DNA of 63,148 nt, the filler included, from Rhabdomonas costata (Eukaryota), in the NCBI GenBank assembly GCA_019059605.1. It is 28 parts of 28 records of this genome, joined end to end, with 100 filler letters (N's around TTAATTAATTAA, not from the genome) between each part and the next. Parts side by side here need not be neighbours in the genome. Positions count along the whole stretch, not along the records: positions 1 to 2,160 come from JAHMHO010005175.1; positions 2,261 to 4,422 come from JAHMHO010005176.1; positions 4,523 to 6,681 come from JAHMHO010005177.1; positions 6,782 to 8,940 come from JAHMHO010005178.1; positions 9,041 to 11,199 come from JAHMHO010005179.1; positions 11,300 to 13,458 come from JAHMHO010005180.1; 22 more parts are not named here. One strand, 5' to 3'. Below the pieces are notes generated by a model. The model had not been told where the DNA came from, did not search any database, and saw nothing but the letters and a program-made list of their open reading frames with translations. Shown piece by piece: positions 1 through 11,971 of this stretch. How positions within the stretch are numbered: the first letter of the stretch is position 1; every line of letters begins with the position of its first letter. A program made the translations under genes and the position numbers.

Positions 1-579
1 TTTTTGGGCTCCTTCATTCCAAGCCCTTTGCAGAAAATACGACTTTCATCCATTATTATCCATTTTTTCTTTAAACTGGTGCGCCTCTGCTTCTTCTGCC
101 TCTCTTTGGACACAGTTTTTGACGACACCTACCCTCAACACACGAAACCGCTAGAAAAGCCCATGGTATACCCACGCCGTACCACCTTGCGGCCACTTTT
201 CCGTTGGAAATTCCGGTTTTTTCAATTCGCACTCGCGGCCCTGACCAAGCCATGGACACGCGGTCGAAGGAAAGTTTGACTTTGTTTCTTTGAGAAAATA
301 ATGACTGAGCCGGTACCTAGCGAGACACACAGATGTTTCCAGTCCAAGAGATGGCAACGGTAATGCCTGTTCCACCTGTAGGTCTAGCGCCAAGAGAGCC
401 GATTGGGGCTGGAGAATTGCTGGTGCAGTTGGCAGAGGCCTTGCAATTGATGAATAAGAATCAGGTGGCGACAACACAAGTGATAACAAAAGCTCTTAAC
501 AAGTTGACAGAGAGTACGAACACAGAGGGTGCAGGTCGAGAGACAGTAGCCTTCCGTAGTGGTTCGAACATTAGGTTTA

Positions 580-1105
580 TCATTTCAGTCCATTGTCCAT
601 GGTCCATTCCGCGCCATCTACCTGACGGTAGCGGAACCGCTGCCGGAGGTGCACGTATAAAGAGCAAAAGCACCTCACTAGGTGTGGATGCGAGCCTCCT
701 CCATGACCCCAAAAAGAGCCCACCAGTGGAGTGAATGGAAGCAATTTGCGACTTCAAATTTCACCTTCTTCAGAGGCGCAGGCGCAGCCACAAGGGCTTG
801 CGCCTGCGCCTCTGAAGAAGAATAGCTTCCGACAGCAGCTGATGCAAGTGACGTGTGCTGGACTGGGAGCGGAATCCCATCGCTGTAGGACCCAGGTAGG
901 AGTGCTGGATAGTAGTATTACAAACATGGGCAATACCCTTAGCCCAAATTTGGTAGAGCACATCCAGCACCGTTATCTGGCGCCGGTATTGTGGCAGCAA
1001 ACCACCAGAGGTCTTGGGAATCATTGCCACGTAGGCCTGGAGAAGCTCTGCCGTCCAGGTTCCCTCCGCCTCCACTAGGTTCAACAAGTCAGCCACCAGT
1101 GACAT
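580..1105 (-). pseudogene. Decayed non-LTR retrotransposon reverse transcriptase fragment
   Basis: ORF 770-1105 has RT N-terminal motifs (W..AYVAMIPK..GG...YRRQITVLDVLYQIWAK, MGFR..ST). After frameshifts it continues as VKFEVANCFHSLHWWALF (degenerate D..KAFD domain) and LYVHLRQRFRYRQVDGAEWTMDNGL* (leading into the G..QG domain). Confidence 0.8.
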
Positions 1106-2160
1106 CGAGAGACATTGTCATGGAGATGATTCGATGAAACGACGGAGGAAAACTGAGAAGACGCGGCTAGACCGAAAGACTACTGTTCCAACTGTGCTCT
1201 GATTCAACTATGTTTTGCAATGGACCGATGGAGGACCATACGGTTGATAAACAAAGCAAGCGAACGAGGAAGAGACAAACAAGAGGAGAGGAAACAACCT
1301 CCTCGTGCGCTGGGGTATATATATTTAATTCGGCGGTGGAGGTATTGCTCTTAAATCTTGTCCATAGCCTGTCGGTTTGTCCGCGCGCGCTTGGTCCTAT
1401 TCTTTTCAGTCATGATCGCTCTTGCCAAACTCGCTCAAAAAAGTTTTTTGGGGGTTGGGGTGGGTCAGTCCAATTGGGGTGATGTCGTCGGAGTTTTCTC
1501 CTGGGGGTGGGATTCGGTGTCCCTCTACTTGTCAGCTTCCCAAATTGTTATCAGACCCTCTTTTTCAAAGCCGATGGAACCAAAACTTGGGATGACACTG
1601 GAAAAAACTCAACCAACAACTGAAGAGGAAGGTAAAGGTAAAAACAACACCGGATTTCAAACTTCGGGCAAGGAAGGTTATTTTATCCTCTGCTACCAAG
1701 TGTTACTGTCAGAGCCGACTGGGATCAGGTCCTGCCTAACCCGATCGGATTTGCCTGATGGTCACTGGTCTTTCCATGCGTAGGATCGATACATCAACCG
1801 ATTGGTTGCCGGCTTTGGTTTCGGTGGCTCTGCCTGGCACTTCCTCTCGCTTGTTTTATCCTTCTGTTAGGGTTTTTGGACGGACGAAGTAAGGAACAAC
1901 ACAATCTCTAAAGTCGGGTTCGGACCAACGAATCGTTGGGTAGCACAATTGCAGCAACGATTGAGGCACAGGAATTTCCTCCCAATCCTCTGCTCTCGTT
2001 TCCGGCCCGCTCAATTCACCCGTGCCAATCTTTCAAGCATTAAGTATGAAGAGGGAATTCTTCCGTCTCTCGGTTCCACGCTCTCTCCGATTATGCCCGG
2101 TGGATCGGGTTTGCGCGTGGAGTCACATCGTGTCTCACCTCTCGCCCTCCACCACCCCCC

Positions 2161-2260
2161 NNNNNNNNNNNNNNNNNNNNNNNNNNNNNNNNNNNNNNNN
2201 NNNNTTAATTAATTAANNNNNNNNNNNNNNNNNNNNNNNNNNNNNNNNNNNNNNNNNNNN
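2161..2260. other. Artificial contig-joining spacer (first of 27)
   Basis: N44-TTAATTAATTAA-N44 linker with stops in all six frames. Others at 4423-4522, 6682-6781, 8941-9040, 11200-11299, 13459-13558, 15719-15818, 17977-18076, 20219-20318, 22478-22577, 24736-24835, 26995-27094, 29253-29352, 31511-31610, 33770-33869, 36027-36126, 38290-38389, 40548-40647, 42806-42905, 45064-45163, 47321-47420, 49592-49691, 51864-51963, 54122-54221, 56378-56477, 58635-58734, 60892-60991. Confidence 0.99.
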
Positions 2261-2336
2261 TTGTTTGTTGCGGAAAAAGAAAATGTTTTCCCCAGAATTG
2301 GCTGCTTCATTTTCTACTATGCGTTCCCACGTACAG

Positions 2337-3681
2337 CTACTGCATCCTTGCGGAGTGCCTGGGTAGTGCCTCGCGGTTCCCGGCTACCCCTCGCGAGGTC
2401 CTGTCCTGGTCCCACCGGGAGCCTCTTGTGTTGCGCGAGCTGGCTGGACTGGGCGCCGACCTGCTGTGCGTGCAGCAGGTCGAGCCGCTGCACTGGAAAG
2501 TGGTGCTGCGGCCCAAGATGGCCTCCTTGGGGTATGTCTGAAATGAGGACCGGACGCTTGGGGAGGGATAGAAAGGGAAAGGTATTTGTACGTGTGTCTG
2601 TTTGTAGTTCGGCGGCAACGGGATTGTCATCCACGCTTTTTGGCGCTTGGGCTGTGGCGATGCTGTGTGCACCTTACTGGTCGAAAAGCTGGTGGAGAAG
2701 GACCCGAATCCCTGGCAGGGCTGCATTTCCTTGATCCCACACACTTGATGGAGGCACTGATGAGGGAAATGGCGTGTAGATGTTTGGAAGGTTTTGGAAG
2801 GTTGGGTGCCCAGAAAGAGGTCTTTACACTCACGTGGCGAAGGAGGAGGAATTTCAGCTTGGCATCATCCGGCGGGGCATGCATTCAACACACCTGAGTG
2901 ACGCCTCACCAAACCATATAACATGATATACATAGAATTTGTCGATCATCGATTGCAAAATATAAAGCCAAAAGAAGATGAGGTTAGAATCGACTTTCGC
3001 CATCCGGTGTGAGAGGCATTGCCTCTGGATCGAGATTTTGTGATATTTATATAACTGGCTGCTCGCACTCTTTGCTCGCCAAACTGCCACAATCTGAGTT
3101 GTTTGGCTGTATTCATGTGTATAGCATATAACATGTGCAACGTACTTTGTTGGGAAACCCAGGTAGTTGTATTCTCACAGCAACTTCTTAGGTAAGACAC
3201 TTTGGCAGCAGTGCTGACCGTTCGGGAGGATGCCAAGATATAGGCGCAGTGACAGTGCAGATTCGGGGGCACACAAGCACCAGAATGGCAGTGTCAGGGG
3301 AGAAGGATATTCGTTAATCGTGGTACCAACCCAAACATAACAAAAATGCATTTTTCAGAATTTAAGACCCCCCCAAAAAAACAAATTTCTGTCCTTTTAT
3401 AAACGTTTCATCCGCACCCCTCCCGCATGAATGATGGGAAATGACAACAAGGCAGCACTCCACGCCCCCGGAGATACCGTTCGAATTCAATGCACGCACG
3501 ATGCAGCTATGAAGGGGCGTACTTCGCGGAGTCCGTGGAGCGGTGCCCCTTGGGCAACGCCGTGCTGTGGCGAAGCTCCGCCTTCACTATGCTGGGCAGT
3601 CCGGTGGAGGTGAGGTTTCGGGACGTTGCTGCGCGGTGCGCCCACCCCGACCTCAGCGCGTACTACGGGGAGCGTCCTGAG
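2337..3681 (+). CDS. CCR4/Angel/nocturnin-family EEP nuclease-like protein, partial (exons 2337-2531, 3507-3681)
   Basis: Spliced translation YCILAECLGSASRFPATPREVLSWSHREPLVLRELAGLGADLLCVQQV...MASLG|YEGAYFAESVERCPLGNAVLWRSSAF matches the family pattern SYNILA...L.W..R...E....ADIICLQEV...GY.G...G.A.F.R...F. GT-AG intron in consistent phase (GG|C). Confidence 0.8.
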
Positions 3682-3887
3682 GTCCCCCAAACATGCGCAC
3701 CCTCTCCATCACCCCACCCTCAACTCGCACTCACTCAGCACAAACAGGCACGAGTGCACTTGCATTGATATTATTGATCTGCCCCGCCATCCTCCTGCTC
3801 AGTTTTCCGACGCAGTCTCCCTTGCCTTCAACGCATGCGTTCGTTTGTCTCTGCACAGATTGCTCGAGCACAGATATATTTACATAT

Positions 3888-4146
3888 GGCATTACTTTAG
3901 AATTGTACCCACGGCCAGGAACCCTAACCCTAACCCTAACCGTATCCCTAACCCTAACGCTAACCCTATCCCTAACCCTAACCCCCAAAGGTAACGTCAA
4001 AGAAGCCAATAAACACATAATCTTATACTTTTCCATCCATTTTCTTCGCTTCTTGTCATCTCCAACAATTTCCAAAAGATCATAAAGCGTAAGCATCTCA
4101 AAAAAGAACCTGAAGACAGAGGTGGGTACAATTCTAAAGTAACGCC
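3888..4146. mobile_element. Non-autonomous DNA transposon (MITE), Merlin-like, 259 bp
   Basis: 25-bp TIRs ggcattactttagaattgtacccac (3888-3912) and gtgggtacaattctaaagtaacgcc (4122-4146), 1 mismatch. Perfect 8-bp TSD ttacatat at 3880-3887 and 4147-4154. Confidence 0.9.
3920..3984 (+). repeat. Interstitial telomere-type (CCCTAA)n tract, about 11 units, inside the MITE
   Basis: aaccctaaccctaaccctaaccgtatccctaaccctaacgctaaccctatccctaaccctaaccc. Confidence 0.95.
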
Positions 4147-7100
4147 TTACATATTTACTCCCCGCCCACAAGATCGAGAAGGTGACAAAGAGAGAGCCTG
4201 CCGAAACATCGAGAAAGAAGCTTGCGCCATTCAGAAAGCCATGATTTTTTATTATGCGTTTGGGGGTTATTGCAGTGTTCAACGGTTTGAGGTAGCCAGA
4301 ATATTTTGCGTTGCATGATGTAACAGAATTGGGCCCCGTTAAGATGTCCATAAAAGCTAAAAGCGCACCGCCTTCATCCACCGCTTTGGCCCACACTGTG
4401 CACCGGCAGGCAATGATCGAATNNNNNNNNNNNNNNNNNNNNNNNNNNNNNNNNNNNNNNNNNNNNTTAATTAATTAANNNNNNNNNNNNNNNNNNNNNN
4501 NNNNNNNNNNNNNNNNNNNNNNGTGTTGGGTGAGGCTCTTCACGGAGGCGGTATGCGCAAAGGGATCCGGAGCTTCACAGAGTGGTAGCAAAAGTTGGTA
4601 TCGGTAGCATCATTATGGTTCTCTTGGCAGAGACAGAGATGCATTGGCTGTCACATGTGAAGTGCTGCTACATCCGCTGGTTATTTCCAGTGTTCAAATT
4701 GTTTGACACCTCCTCCTAGGATGCCATACCAGCGTGAAGCGTGTGTTGGTCTGCTCGATGAAATCAGCCTGATCGTCGCTGCGTTTCTGCGCAATAACCG
4801 TCCCCGCATTTCCCTCCACGTCTGGCCAGTGTTGGTGGCGCAGGTGCTGAGGACCTGAGATCGAGATCTGGCCGCAAAGCTGATGTGGCCACAGCTGAGC
4901 TGCTTGAAGCGGCACGCTTGGTTTCCCCTGTACAGTGCCGGCATCCGTGTTGAAAACGCTTCTGCGTGAGTTTAATGCCGCGATGATTGCACTGCTATTT
5001 GTGATGACACCGCAGTTTACGGTGATGGTAAATGCCACTGCAGTGTGTTCGGATCGGTCTGCTTTTGCTGAGGTAGTGTTGGAACTAGCAGCCATTCCAT
5101 GTGACCAGGTGGAGCTTTGACTTTTCTAGAAGCTCGGTGATAAAATGGCGTCATCGTCTGTAGTAGTTGTCAGGTAATTGGGTGTTCAGTGCTTGTCGTC
5201 CGCCGCCTTTGGCGCGCACGGGCCAGATTGCACATTACCGCGGTAGTAGCTTATCTTTGTTTGGTTGTTTTGTCTTTTGTCAACTTCCTAACCGCTTTCT
5301 TGAGCTTAATGTTCCGACACCCGTACCCTTCGATTGCGGCGGCATCTGGTTGTGTGTTGTTTTGATGTGCCCGTTCAGGAATGACGATGGGTCGGTGCCG
5401 TTCGGTTTTGCCATTTTTGTGCGTTTTCCAATCGCAATTCATACTTTGATTGGAACATCGATCGGGACTTTGCAAAATTTTGAATCTAAAAATATGGTTT
5501 GCCGGCTTTTGGAAAAGCAGCCTGAAAGTGGAAAATACGGTGAAGCACACGAATGTGCACATGAGCCGCTCACCTCACTATGGCAGGTCTTCAATGCCGC
5601 CCGTCCCCTTCCCGCTGTAAAAGCCAGTTTACTCACCTTTTTTGACTTTGTTTCTGTGTGCCGGGGGTTCCGCTTTTCACTTGTCCCTTGCGAGGTAAAC
5701 GCGTGCCCAACTTTCTGTACATGCCGTCTGTTTTTTTGCTGCCATGGAAACTCCGTGGCGCAACACCTTACTATAGCAAGTCAAGGGAAGGAGATATTGC
5801 AGCGGAAAATGTAAGAACTTAATCCTGTATCTGTATACTTCAAAGATGCCTACAGAGTGTATTAGTATTCCTCCGCTTCCAAAAAACAGTGCCGATCGGT
5901 TCTTGCAAAGCATTTTGTTCTAATCCGGCCGGTGACTCTGGAGCTAGCTTATCCTTCGCCTCCGAACACCTTGAGAAAGCTTATGGATGCGCTCCTCCAT
6001 CCTCCGCAAACACTCCAATACTATTGGAATCCAAGTAAAACCATAAACGTGGAAATATTTTTCTATTGCACGGGTGACAATTTATTTTTATTACCAAATG
6101 GCTAATTTTCCGAGAAAATGGAGTGAACGTGTAGCAGTTGGATTCAAAACTATACACAAAATGACATCTGGCTAATTTGGCTCCTATAAGAGCTTTTACC
6201 CGTGCATATGGTAAGGCTGAATAAGTGTGACAACGTTGAATACCATAGCCGTTGTTTGCTTTTAACATTTTATTCGTTTCTTCGAGTAATTTTATTTTAA
6301 AACTTTTTAATGGAAACGCAGTAAAGAGCGCGACTTCAGTTTAACAATAAGTCTTACTGCTTACAGTTGCCAGAATCACAGCAGTATTTAAACAAAATGG
6401 TAACTATTTTAAGTATATGCTTCTCTTAATCAAATTTGAGAGGATTCACATGCACACGAGAATGAGGAGCAGATTTAAAAAAAATTTTATCCGACGCATT
6501 TCAAGGAACAAAGGATCTGTTAGTGGTAACACTAAAATTCTTCATATTTGACGTTTGACTGTTTACATGCATCAAACATTTGCAGTGCATCACCATAAAA
6601 AATTGTTAGTGTTTAAAATAAGATAGATTTTTGCGCTATTACAGATAGACTAATGCAATGTGGATGCATTTAAACCTAATCNNNNNNNNNNNNNNNNNNN
6701 NNNNNNNNNNNNNNNNNNNNNNNNNTTAATTAATTAANNNNNNNNNNNNNNNNNNNNNNNNNNNNNNNNNNNNNNNNNNNNGGTTGGTTGTGGGAGGATA
6801 CTATTTTCCGTAGCGTTTTGGATCCTTTCTCAGGGAAAGCCAAGGCTTATGCTCAAATCATGCCCGCAAGCACAGAAAAAAGAACGTGTGTGCGTGTTTC
6901 TGACTTTATATCGCACAAATATACCCAAACACGAACAAACAGGCACAACTATTCCTAAGTCAAAGAAGAAATTTCACGGGTCTCAACAGAAACACAAAGG
7001 TTGTGTAATGTTGTCAGATGAACCCGAAAACCAGCAAAAAGATGATTCTAGCAGCAGCAACACATGCGTCTAAGCGCTCATGTCGCGAAAGTAAGCGAGG

Positions 7101-7419
7101 GAATCAGGAAAGACATGAAAGGGGCAGAGTTAAACCTTAGCGGGGACCCCAGATAGAGGATCAGACTGGTTCCGGGGCACCTGAAACACCCACCTTCGAA
7201 CAAGGAAGGAACGAAACGAAAAAAGCCTGCTGGTTTCGGTAGAGCAAAGAAGCCCACCCGTTCCAAACAGTTGCGCAGTTGGTTCAACTCTAACGCAGAA
7301 ATCATTTGCTGAGGGAATCCCGGGAAGTGGCCGCTGCATGCTGTTCTTTTACCGCCCGCCCCCCCTCGTGGAGAAGGGGTTATATACATATCCAGGTTCT
7401 TAAAAAGCAAGACGCTTAC

Positions 7420-8770
7420 CCGTGTGCGTAGTTGAACCAGTCCTCAATGCCGGTACCCAGGAACATCGCCCCAACAGAGCGGTCCAGGTGGAACTGGGGG
7501 TCCCCCTGAATGATGTCCCTTTGGCCCTCCAGATGAAGATTCATCCCCACCATATGGCCCCACCCTGAAAAACCAAGAGCAACATCGATTAGCCATCAGA
7601 TAGTATGACGAAGGAGGGGGGCGTGCCCACATCAAAGCACAGTAACATCTAGATTCTGAGAGCATACATCGTTTTTTGAACGCAGGACCTCGCTACGCTG
7701 TCCGCTGATGTTCGGAGGGTCATGGGTGCTCTTAACTTGCTTCAGGGAACTTATTGCATCATCAGGGTAACAGGAGGAAAATCCGCCACGCACCCACGAA
7801 AGGGCACAAAGCAATTGTTTTGGTCAACCGTTAACACCTCTCCACCTCCCGCCATCCTCTATTCCTCTCAACTTCTTATCACGATCACGCCCACAATATT
7901 CACTGGAGAAGTCGATGATGATATACCAATACTCACCGGACCAATGTGTGCATCTGCAGTACTGGAAACAGGCTACCTAGTGACAGACACAACTATTACT
8001 AAGTCAAAGAAGAACACCCTCCTTGCGATGCAGAAAGGTGAACGGCTGGTTCGGGGTCGATGGGGACTGCCGCACATGTTCGGCGTAGAAGAACCCCGTC
8101 ACCGCCGGAGTGGAGTACGGGCTGTCGGCTGTGAATACTATCCTCGCGAACACCCCAAGCGGTCCCACTATGATCGACGCTCTGGTCAAGGTCAGGCTCA
8201 CTGTCACAGACTTCCTGAAAAAAACCATTCGGGATAAATGGCAGTGAAAGCTTCACAAGCACACCACTGGTGCAGAAGCCAATGTGAGCAAAGAGCGAAA
8301 GACCAGTTCAATACAGTGCAGAAAAGTAGCAAGTATTCGCAGTTCAGCGGGAATGGAGTGGATGCTTGTTGCCTTCTCACTCGCTCTGCTCACATGACCC
8401 ATGTCACGAGTGAACACATGCATACCCTTTTATTGTGGTTTCTACTACCTCAGGTGAGAAGAATCGAACAAAAGGGACTTACTAAGCGAAACACAAACCT
8501 GCACAGGACAGAGGCACAACAGTGTCAAATTGGTTTTTCTCCCCGGTCCGCACAAAAGAAATATGCAAGCTATGAGGTCACCCCATTCTCCCGCCTACTG
8601 CCGTGTAAAGCCCGACTGATACTATTACTACTACTCACCGTAACCGCGTCAAGGCGGGAGATTCTACTCACACGCCACTCCCACACACCCACACCTGCAC
8701 CCCCCCCCCCGCACACACACACACCAGTAGGGCATCGGGAAGTAGCAGTATCCCGACCACAAATGACTAT
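7420..8770 (-). CDS. DUF2961 / glycoside hydrolase family 172-like protein, partial (exons 8770-8725, 8214-8018, 7564-7420)
   Basis: Spliced translation GYCYFPMPYW|KSVTVSL...GFFYAEHVRQSP..NQPFTFLHRKE|GWGHMVGMNLHLEGQRDIIQGDPQFHLDRSVGAMFLGTGIEDWFNYAHG matches DUF2961 motifs (YFPMPF.KS, G.GHYVG, EGD...DG, GTGTEDYFN). All junctions are GT-AG and in phase. Confidence 0.85.
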
Positions 8771-10092
8771 CTGAAAGCTGTGGGGAGCCTGGGAGGGTCC
8801 TCACACGAGTGAACCCAAGAAGGGCGCCATGAGCCTGGTGCATCCTGAGGAAAAGCGACGAAAGCACACCTGTGGCACAACCCGGAGGGAGTAAAAAAAC
8901 CTCGATAAGCTCTTCCGCAGTTTTCAACTTTGTGACAAAANNNNNNNNNNNNNNNNNNNNNNNNNNNNNNNNNNNNNNNNNNNNTTAATTAATTAANNNN
9001 NNNNNNNNNNNNNNNNNNNNNNNNNNNNNNNNNNNNNNNNGGTTGTGGGGAGGCCAGCGCAGGATTCGACTCCGTGGTGTTGTCGCACTTCCTGGCGCCA
9101 GGCGGGCTGGTCGGCAGTGGGGGCGGTGGTGCGCTGCTCTCAGAACGCAGCACCTCTGGAAGCCTTCTCCCAAGTGCGCGACGTGCGCTCATATGTGCAC
9201 CGCCGACACATATGAGGACATACATTAATGGGAAGCCTGCTCCTTGCATTCGTTTGCGTTCGTTCGATTTGTTTGTTGGTCTTCTAAAGCAAGAAGTGCA
9301 ATGATTGGAAGGAAAGGGCAATAACCCCTTGCAGGCGTACCCGTCTTGCAAGGCAGTATGCTAACCAGCTCTGGCTCAGGTTCAGTCTTGCATAGGTCCA
9401 GAAATTAATTCTCGTCGCTCTTGGGAATGTTTTTATCCAAAAAGCCTTAACAAAGCCCAAGAATGAACCTCAAGAGGCCAAAACTGGCCAACACCCCATC
9501 TCAGATGTGCACTCCGCCATATTTGAGCCCCAACTCTCCTCTCAAGTGCTGAGGGTCAATGTTAGGCCCAGGTCTGGTCTGTTGTGGGATTGATTATGGA
9601 ATGTCAAGCAAAAGAGATGAATACCCAACCTGTGAGACCCCCGACGATTGGTGAGGGTCGGGAGGCTGGCTGGAATATGGACGAACCCCTGGTAAAAACA
9701 GAAGGGACTCGAAAGTCGGGGTGATGCGTTTCGCATTATCCGTTGTGGGCCACGACAATTGAAAATTTGGCACACAATTTGGGAATTTTTGCGTGGGAGC
9801 TTGGTTGGGGCATTTTGGAAGCATGGTGCTTTCTCAGCTTGCTGGGGGTGTGTGTCACTGTCCTCAGATATTTAGCCCACTGGACTTCATCTGACTTGAA
9901 CCGGCACGTCCAGGCATCCACAGGGGGGGGGGTCCGCTAGCTTTCGACGAGCTTCTGCGCCAAACGACCCAGGGAAAATACGCATTATCCAATACAATAG
10001 TACAGTAGCGTGGGGCTAGATGGTTGAAGATCTACATCGTATTATCCAGCACACCTTTGCTCTCACCCATGCACACGACTTCCGATCTGCAG

Positions 10093-10955
10093 CAGTGGCG
10101 CGGCGATGGGCATTGGAGCCCAGCGTGGTGGAGGTGCTGATCTACGGCCAGACGTCGGTCGAGGGAGCGGAGGCCGAGCTCTCCGCACTGATGTCTGGGC
10201 GCCGAGTGGAGGCCCTGAACTCGCAGACCGCGGTGCAGCGGGTGACCTTCGTGGTGATCATGAGGCACCGCGCGCCGTTCTACTACACCTACCGCCGCAG
10301 TATGGCATGGGCCGAGGACGCGATTATTCGCAGCGTGGCCCCGACGCAGGTCGTCATTGAGCTCACCCCCGCCGACCTTAACTCCTGGGTTTTGATCCTG
10401 TACTGTTGAAATTTGGTTTCTATGCTGTGAGGCGCGTACCCGTGCTGCCAGCTGTGACACTCAAACGCATACTTGCTCATGAACCGATTGTCTCGGACGA
10501 CGACAAGGTCGCTGTATTCGGAACTCCAATTTGTAGACATTTGGTCACCAGGGTCCAACTCCGACTTGCTTACAACACAAGTTGTACAAATTGAAATCAA
10601 GCCTGGGGACTGAAGCCTAAACACCTCAGAAGAACCCCTCTCGCGAAGCCGCTTGGGTGGAGGTCCTCTGTCTGTGCATTCATGTTTGGGTATCCCCGGG
10701 CAGGCCTACCACATGGAGCTGCACCGTTTATCCAACTACGACATGCACTTGTACCCCCTGAACAACCCCCGGGTGCATGTCTACTGGGGTAAGGAGAAGT
10801 CCCCGGCCGCGCCCACCTCCCCCACCGTGACCACCACAGGCCACGGCAGCTCCCCCTCCTTCTACCCTGTGGTCGCGTCGGGACCCGGCACCGCCCTGAA
10901 CTTGGGTGCCGCGGCGAGCTCGGCTACCGTCACTGCTGCTGGGAGAGAGCCAAGC
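10093..10955 (+). CDS. ACC1: Acetyl-CoA carboxylase (multidomain type), central-domain exons 10093-10349 and 10704-~10955
   Basis: QRVTFVVIMRHRAPFYYTYRRSMAWAEDAIIRSVAPTQ|AYHMELHRLSNYDMHLYPLNNPRVHVY matches the ACC central motif RRITF...P.YFTFR...ED.I.R.IEP.LAFQLEL.RL.N.D....H.Y. The 3' end of the second exon is uncertain. Confidence 0.85.
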
Positions 10956-11299
10956 GTAGTCCCAGAAGGGAGGGGGCATCCCTGCATTTTCCTTTTCCTG
11001 CGGCGATAAGAAATCTTCATGTTTCTGAATGCAAAAACATACGATTGCTATTTAATAAGGCGAGAATTATGTTAATGGTGGTGTGGCAAGCTGTGCCTGC
11101 CCTCCCAAAGATGAGGTCAATTGCTAAATTGGAAAGGACAGGACAGGAATGGAATGGAAAGAAAAGAAAAGGAAAAGGAAAAGAAAAGGAAAACAAAAAN
11201 NNNNNNNNNNNNNNNNNNNNNNNNNNNNNNNNNNNNNNNNNNNTTAATTAATTAANNNNNNNNNNNNNNNNNNNNNNNNNNNNNNNNNNNNNNNNNNNN

Positions 11300-11971
11300 T
11301 TTTGGTGCAAGCTTCTGCAGCTTCCGAATCCCGATGGAATGCCTCAGCTCGAAAAACAAAACGGCCACCTCGTAGAGCAGAGGTTCCGTCACCCCAATGC
11401 CATTCTCGGCGAAAATCTCACAGAGTGCTTCGCAAAGACCGGCGTCCTTCCATGACACTGCAGCCTCCAATATCACATTGAACACCAACGGAGAGAGCTC
11501 GACACTAGACGCAAGAATCTGGTCGATCTCATCGGAGAGTATTGCTAGGTTTCCGCCCTGCAGAGCTTGATAAAGCCCAGGGTGTGCAACCTTCACTGTC
11601 TGCTTGACTTCAGTCACATGCATACGTCTTCGAGAAGCATCGCGCCCCACAGCACATTCAACAAGCCCACATTCCCAGGGATTTGGCCTTTGCAACACAG
11701 ACTCCTGTGCAGTTTGGACAGGCGGGGCTGAGAAGCCCTCGTTTCCCGAGGCGCAGCCACGAAGCGTGTGCTTTAGCCGGCCGATGCTTCGATCAGGAAT
11801 GGCTGAGGGCCCTGCCGGCCACGCCCCCAAAACGGCAGACCTACAACGGAGCTGCCAACGCAACCGACATGGCATGCAAAGAAAGCATCCAAAGGACAGA
11901 ACGGAGAGACCAGAAAAAGACTGGGAAAGTGCGAGGTGGGAACGCTGTGGCACTAGCAGGAGAGACCGCAT
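11300..11971 (-). CDS. PPR-like helical-repeat protein with possible organellar presequence, N-terminal part
   Basis: Long ATG-initiated ORF running off the contig. R/S/L-rich N-terminus. LSPLVFNVILEAAVSWKDAGLCEALCEIFAENGIGVTEPLLYEV resembles a 35-aa PPR unit. Confidence 0.45.

Noticed and set aside
2946-3272. Possible hAT transposase relic (CENTTTWVS..TLHML, cf. TRWNS...ML) in the intron
   Set aside because: A single weak motif with no termini found.
3731-4396. 221-aa minus-strand ORF with a VR repeat
   Set aside because: It reads through the MITE and telomeric tract; the VR repeat is translated TTAGGG.
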